Assembly: GCA_016196885.1 (NCBI GenBank)
Contig: JACPWU010000020.1
Span: 1-32,000 of the forward strand
Length of the DNA stretch: 32,000 nucleotides
Source: Chlamydiota bacterium
Lineage (GTDB): Bacteria > Auribacterota > JACPWU01
Reading direction: 5' to 3'
The translations under genes were made by a program, and so were the position numbers. This document shows positions 30,276 to 32,000 of this stretch, one piece after another. Each line of letters begins with the position of its first letter. Positions within the stretch are counted from its first letter, which is position 1. The notes below the pieces were generated by a model. That model did not search any database and was not told the origin of the DNA. It saw only the letters and a program-made list of their open reading frames with translations.

Positions 30276-32000
30276 CTATACTTGAAGAGGGGCCTGATGT
30301 CTTTTTTTCCCCTCTTGATGAAACTCTTGAAGAGAGCGCACTCGAAGCCCCTTTCCCAAAATGGCCTCGATGGCATTCACCGTGGCCGAAGCCCCTTGAA
30401 GCGTCGTAATAATGGGAATGTTATGCGCGGTGGCCGTCACCCGAATGTGTTTTTCATCCTCTTTTGGGCCCTTGCCTCGAGGGGTATTGATGACAAGATG
30501 AATTTCCTGATTTTTCATTAAATCTAAGACATTGGGCCTTCCCTCTTGAATCTTAAAAAGTTCTCGAACCCCAACGCCATTGTTCTTTAAAATTTTTGCG
30601 GTCCCCGAAGTCGCAACGATATTAAATCCTAGACTTGCGAGACGTTTCGAAAGATGCACCACGTCTCTCTTGTCCTGATTTTTGACACTGATAAAAACAT
30701 TTCCTTTTAAGGGTAATTTTTGCCCTGCGCCAAATTGGGCCTTGGCAAATGCAGTTCCAAAATCGTCATCAATCCCCATCACCTCACCTGTGGATTTCAT
30801 CTCGGGCCCAAGCAAAACATCCACCCCCGGAAAACGGGCAAAGGGGAGAACCGCTTCTTTAACGCAGAAATGACTGATTTTAATTTCCTTCGTGAAGCCA
30901 AGAGATTTCAAACTTCTCCCGATCATCACCTGGGTGGCTAGCCTTGCAAGCGAAACTCCAATGGCCTTGCTCACAAAAGGCACGGTGCGAGAAGCCCGAG
31001 GATTCACCTCTAACACATAAACCTGGTCATTTTTGATGGCGAACTGAATATTCATGAGGCCAATGACTTTCAAGCCCTTGGCCAATTGATGCGTGATGTC
31101 GCGGATTTCTTCCATCAAATCATTCGAGAGAGAAAAGGGAGGAATGGCACACGCGCTGTCACCTGAATGAATACCCGCTTCCTCAATGTGTTCCATGATG
31201 GCACCCAGCACCACCGTTTCTCCATCTGAAATAGCATCCACATCCACTTCAATGGCGTCCTCCAAAAATTTATCCACAAGAATGGGCCGCTCAGGAGAGG
31301 CTTCCACGGCTCGATACATATAATCCTTGAGAGTGATTTCATCATAAACCAACTCCATGGCCCGGCCTCCCAGCACATAAGAAGGTCTCACGAGCACGGG
31401 GTAGCTGATTTCGCGAGCGACCTCGATTGCCTCATCTACACTCACGGCCGTCCCACTGGGGGGCTGGAGCAAATTCAATTTTTCAATCAACTCCTTAAAA
31501 AGTTTTCGATCCTCTGCAATGTCAATGCTCTCAGGAGAAGTCCCGATGATTTTCGCGCCTTCACGATGAAGTCCCCACGCCAAATTCAACGGCGTCTGAC
31601 CGCCAAATTGCACAATCACCCCATCGCATGCTTCTTTTTCGTAAATGGCCATGACATCTTCCAAGGTCAAGGGCTCAAAATAAAGTTTGTCCGAGGTATC
31701 ATAATCCGTGCTCACCGTTTCAGGATTTGAATTCACCATGATGGTTTCATATCCTTCTTCCTTGAGCGCAAAAGCCGCATGGACACAGCAATAGTCAAAT
31801 TCTATTCCCTGCCCGATGCGATTGGGCCCTCCACCCAGAATCATGACTTTCTTCTTTTTCACTTGAGGATGAATCTCATCCTCTAGTTCATAAGACGAAT
31901 AATAATAGGGCGTATAGGCCTCAAATTCAGCCGCACAGGTATCTACCAATTTATACGAGGGTTTGACGCCCAGCGCTTTTCGAGATTTTCTGACATCGTC
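30276..32000 (-). CDS. carB: Carbamoyl-phosphate synthase large subunit, C-terminal ~575 codons (continues beyond the right window edge)
   Basis: Second ATP-grasp half and MGS-like domain ([44 protein letters not shown]). The frame stays open from 31949 to 32000, and the track start at 31949 is an internal TTG. Confidence 0.95.
   Translation of the reverse strand, partial: DDVRKSRKALGVKPSYKLVDTCAAEFEAYTPYYYSSYELEDEIHPQVKKKKVMILGGGPNRIGQGIEFDYCCVHAAFALKEEGYETIMVNSNPETVSTDYDTSDKLYFEPLTLEDVMAIYEKEACDGVIVQFGGQTPLNLAWGLHREGAKIIGTSPESIDIAEDRKLFKELIEKLNLLQPPSGTAVSVDEAIEVAREISYPVLVRPSYVLGGRAMELVYDEITLKDYMYRAVEASPERPILVDKFLEDAIEVDVDAISDGETVVLGAIMEHIEEAGIHSGDSACAIPPFSLSNDLMEEIRDITHQLAKGLKVIGLMNIQFAIKNDQVYVLEVNPRASRTVPFVSKAIGVSLARLATQVMIGRSLKSLGFTKEIKISHFCVKEAVLPFARFPGVDVLLGPEMKSTGEVMGIDDDFGTAFAKAQFGAGQKLPLKGNVFISVKNQDKRDVVHLSKRLASLGFNIVATSGTAKILKNNGVGVRELFKIQEGRPNVLDLMKNQEIHLVINTPRGKGPKEDEKHIRVTATAHNIPIITTLQGASATVNAIEAILGKGLRVRSLQEFHQEGKKRHQAPLQV

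Overview
This is a moderately AT-rich bacterial chromosomal window, densely coded and with many 4-nt ATGA start/stop overlaps. The H-X9-DG-type prepilin and the overall gene content suggest a PVC/Omnitrophota-like uncultured lineage, but that is inference only.

Layout, left to right:
1. 1-273 (-): a partial exported-protein ORF that runs off the left edge.
2. 402-9769 (-): one long operon. It starts with type II secretion pseudopilus genes (gspG, two minor pseudopilins, gspK, GspL-like, GspM-like). It continues without a break into three GT4 glycosyltransferases, a WbaP-type polyprenyl-phosphate sugar-phosphate transferase and two small membrane proteins.
3. 9820-17204 (+): D-aminoacylase, a C26 gamma-glutamyl hydrolase and a five-gene Opp/Dpp-type peptide ABC importer.
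4. 17242-18400 (+): yajQ and a secreted protein.
5. 18401-18793: a repeat-rich non-coding island containing an intact MITE.
6. 18794-24172 (-): an O-antigen-ligase/PglL/TfpO-like protein with TPR repeats, a prepilin-type protein behind a sigma54 -24/-12 promoter, and an NtrC-family regulator with a PilS-like kinase.
7. 24162-32000 (-): housekeeping genes, namely split coaC/coaB, gmk, yicC, pyrE, pyrF, pyrD, pyrK and partial carB.

Most interesting observations:
- The pseudopilus operon is translationally coupled to a lipid-linked glycan pathway.
- The pilin plus oligosaccharyltransferase-like pair is under sigma54 control, which together with the glycan pathway suggests a pilin/pseudopilin O-glycosylation system.
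- A nested-palindrome (three-way-junction) repeat family is present, including one MITE with perfect 24-bp TIRs and an 8-bp target duplication.
- Locus-specific 7-8-nt tandem arrays recur across the window. They often sit as inverted pairs forming long hairpins at gene junctions, one splits coaBC and one lies inside pyrK.

No rRNA, tRNA or CRISPR array was recognised. All functional calls come from motif recognition by eye, not from database searches.
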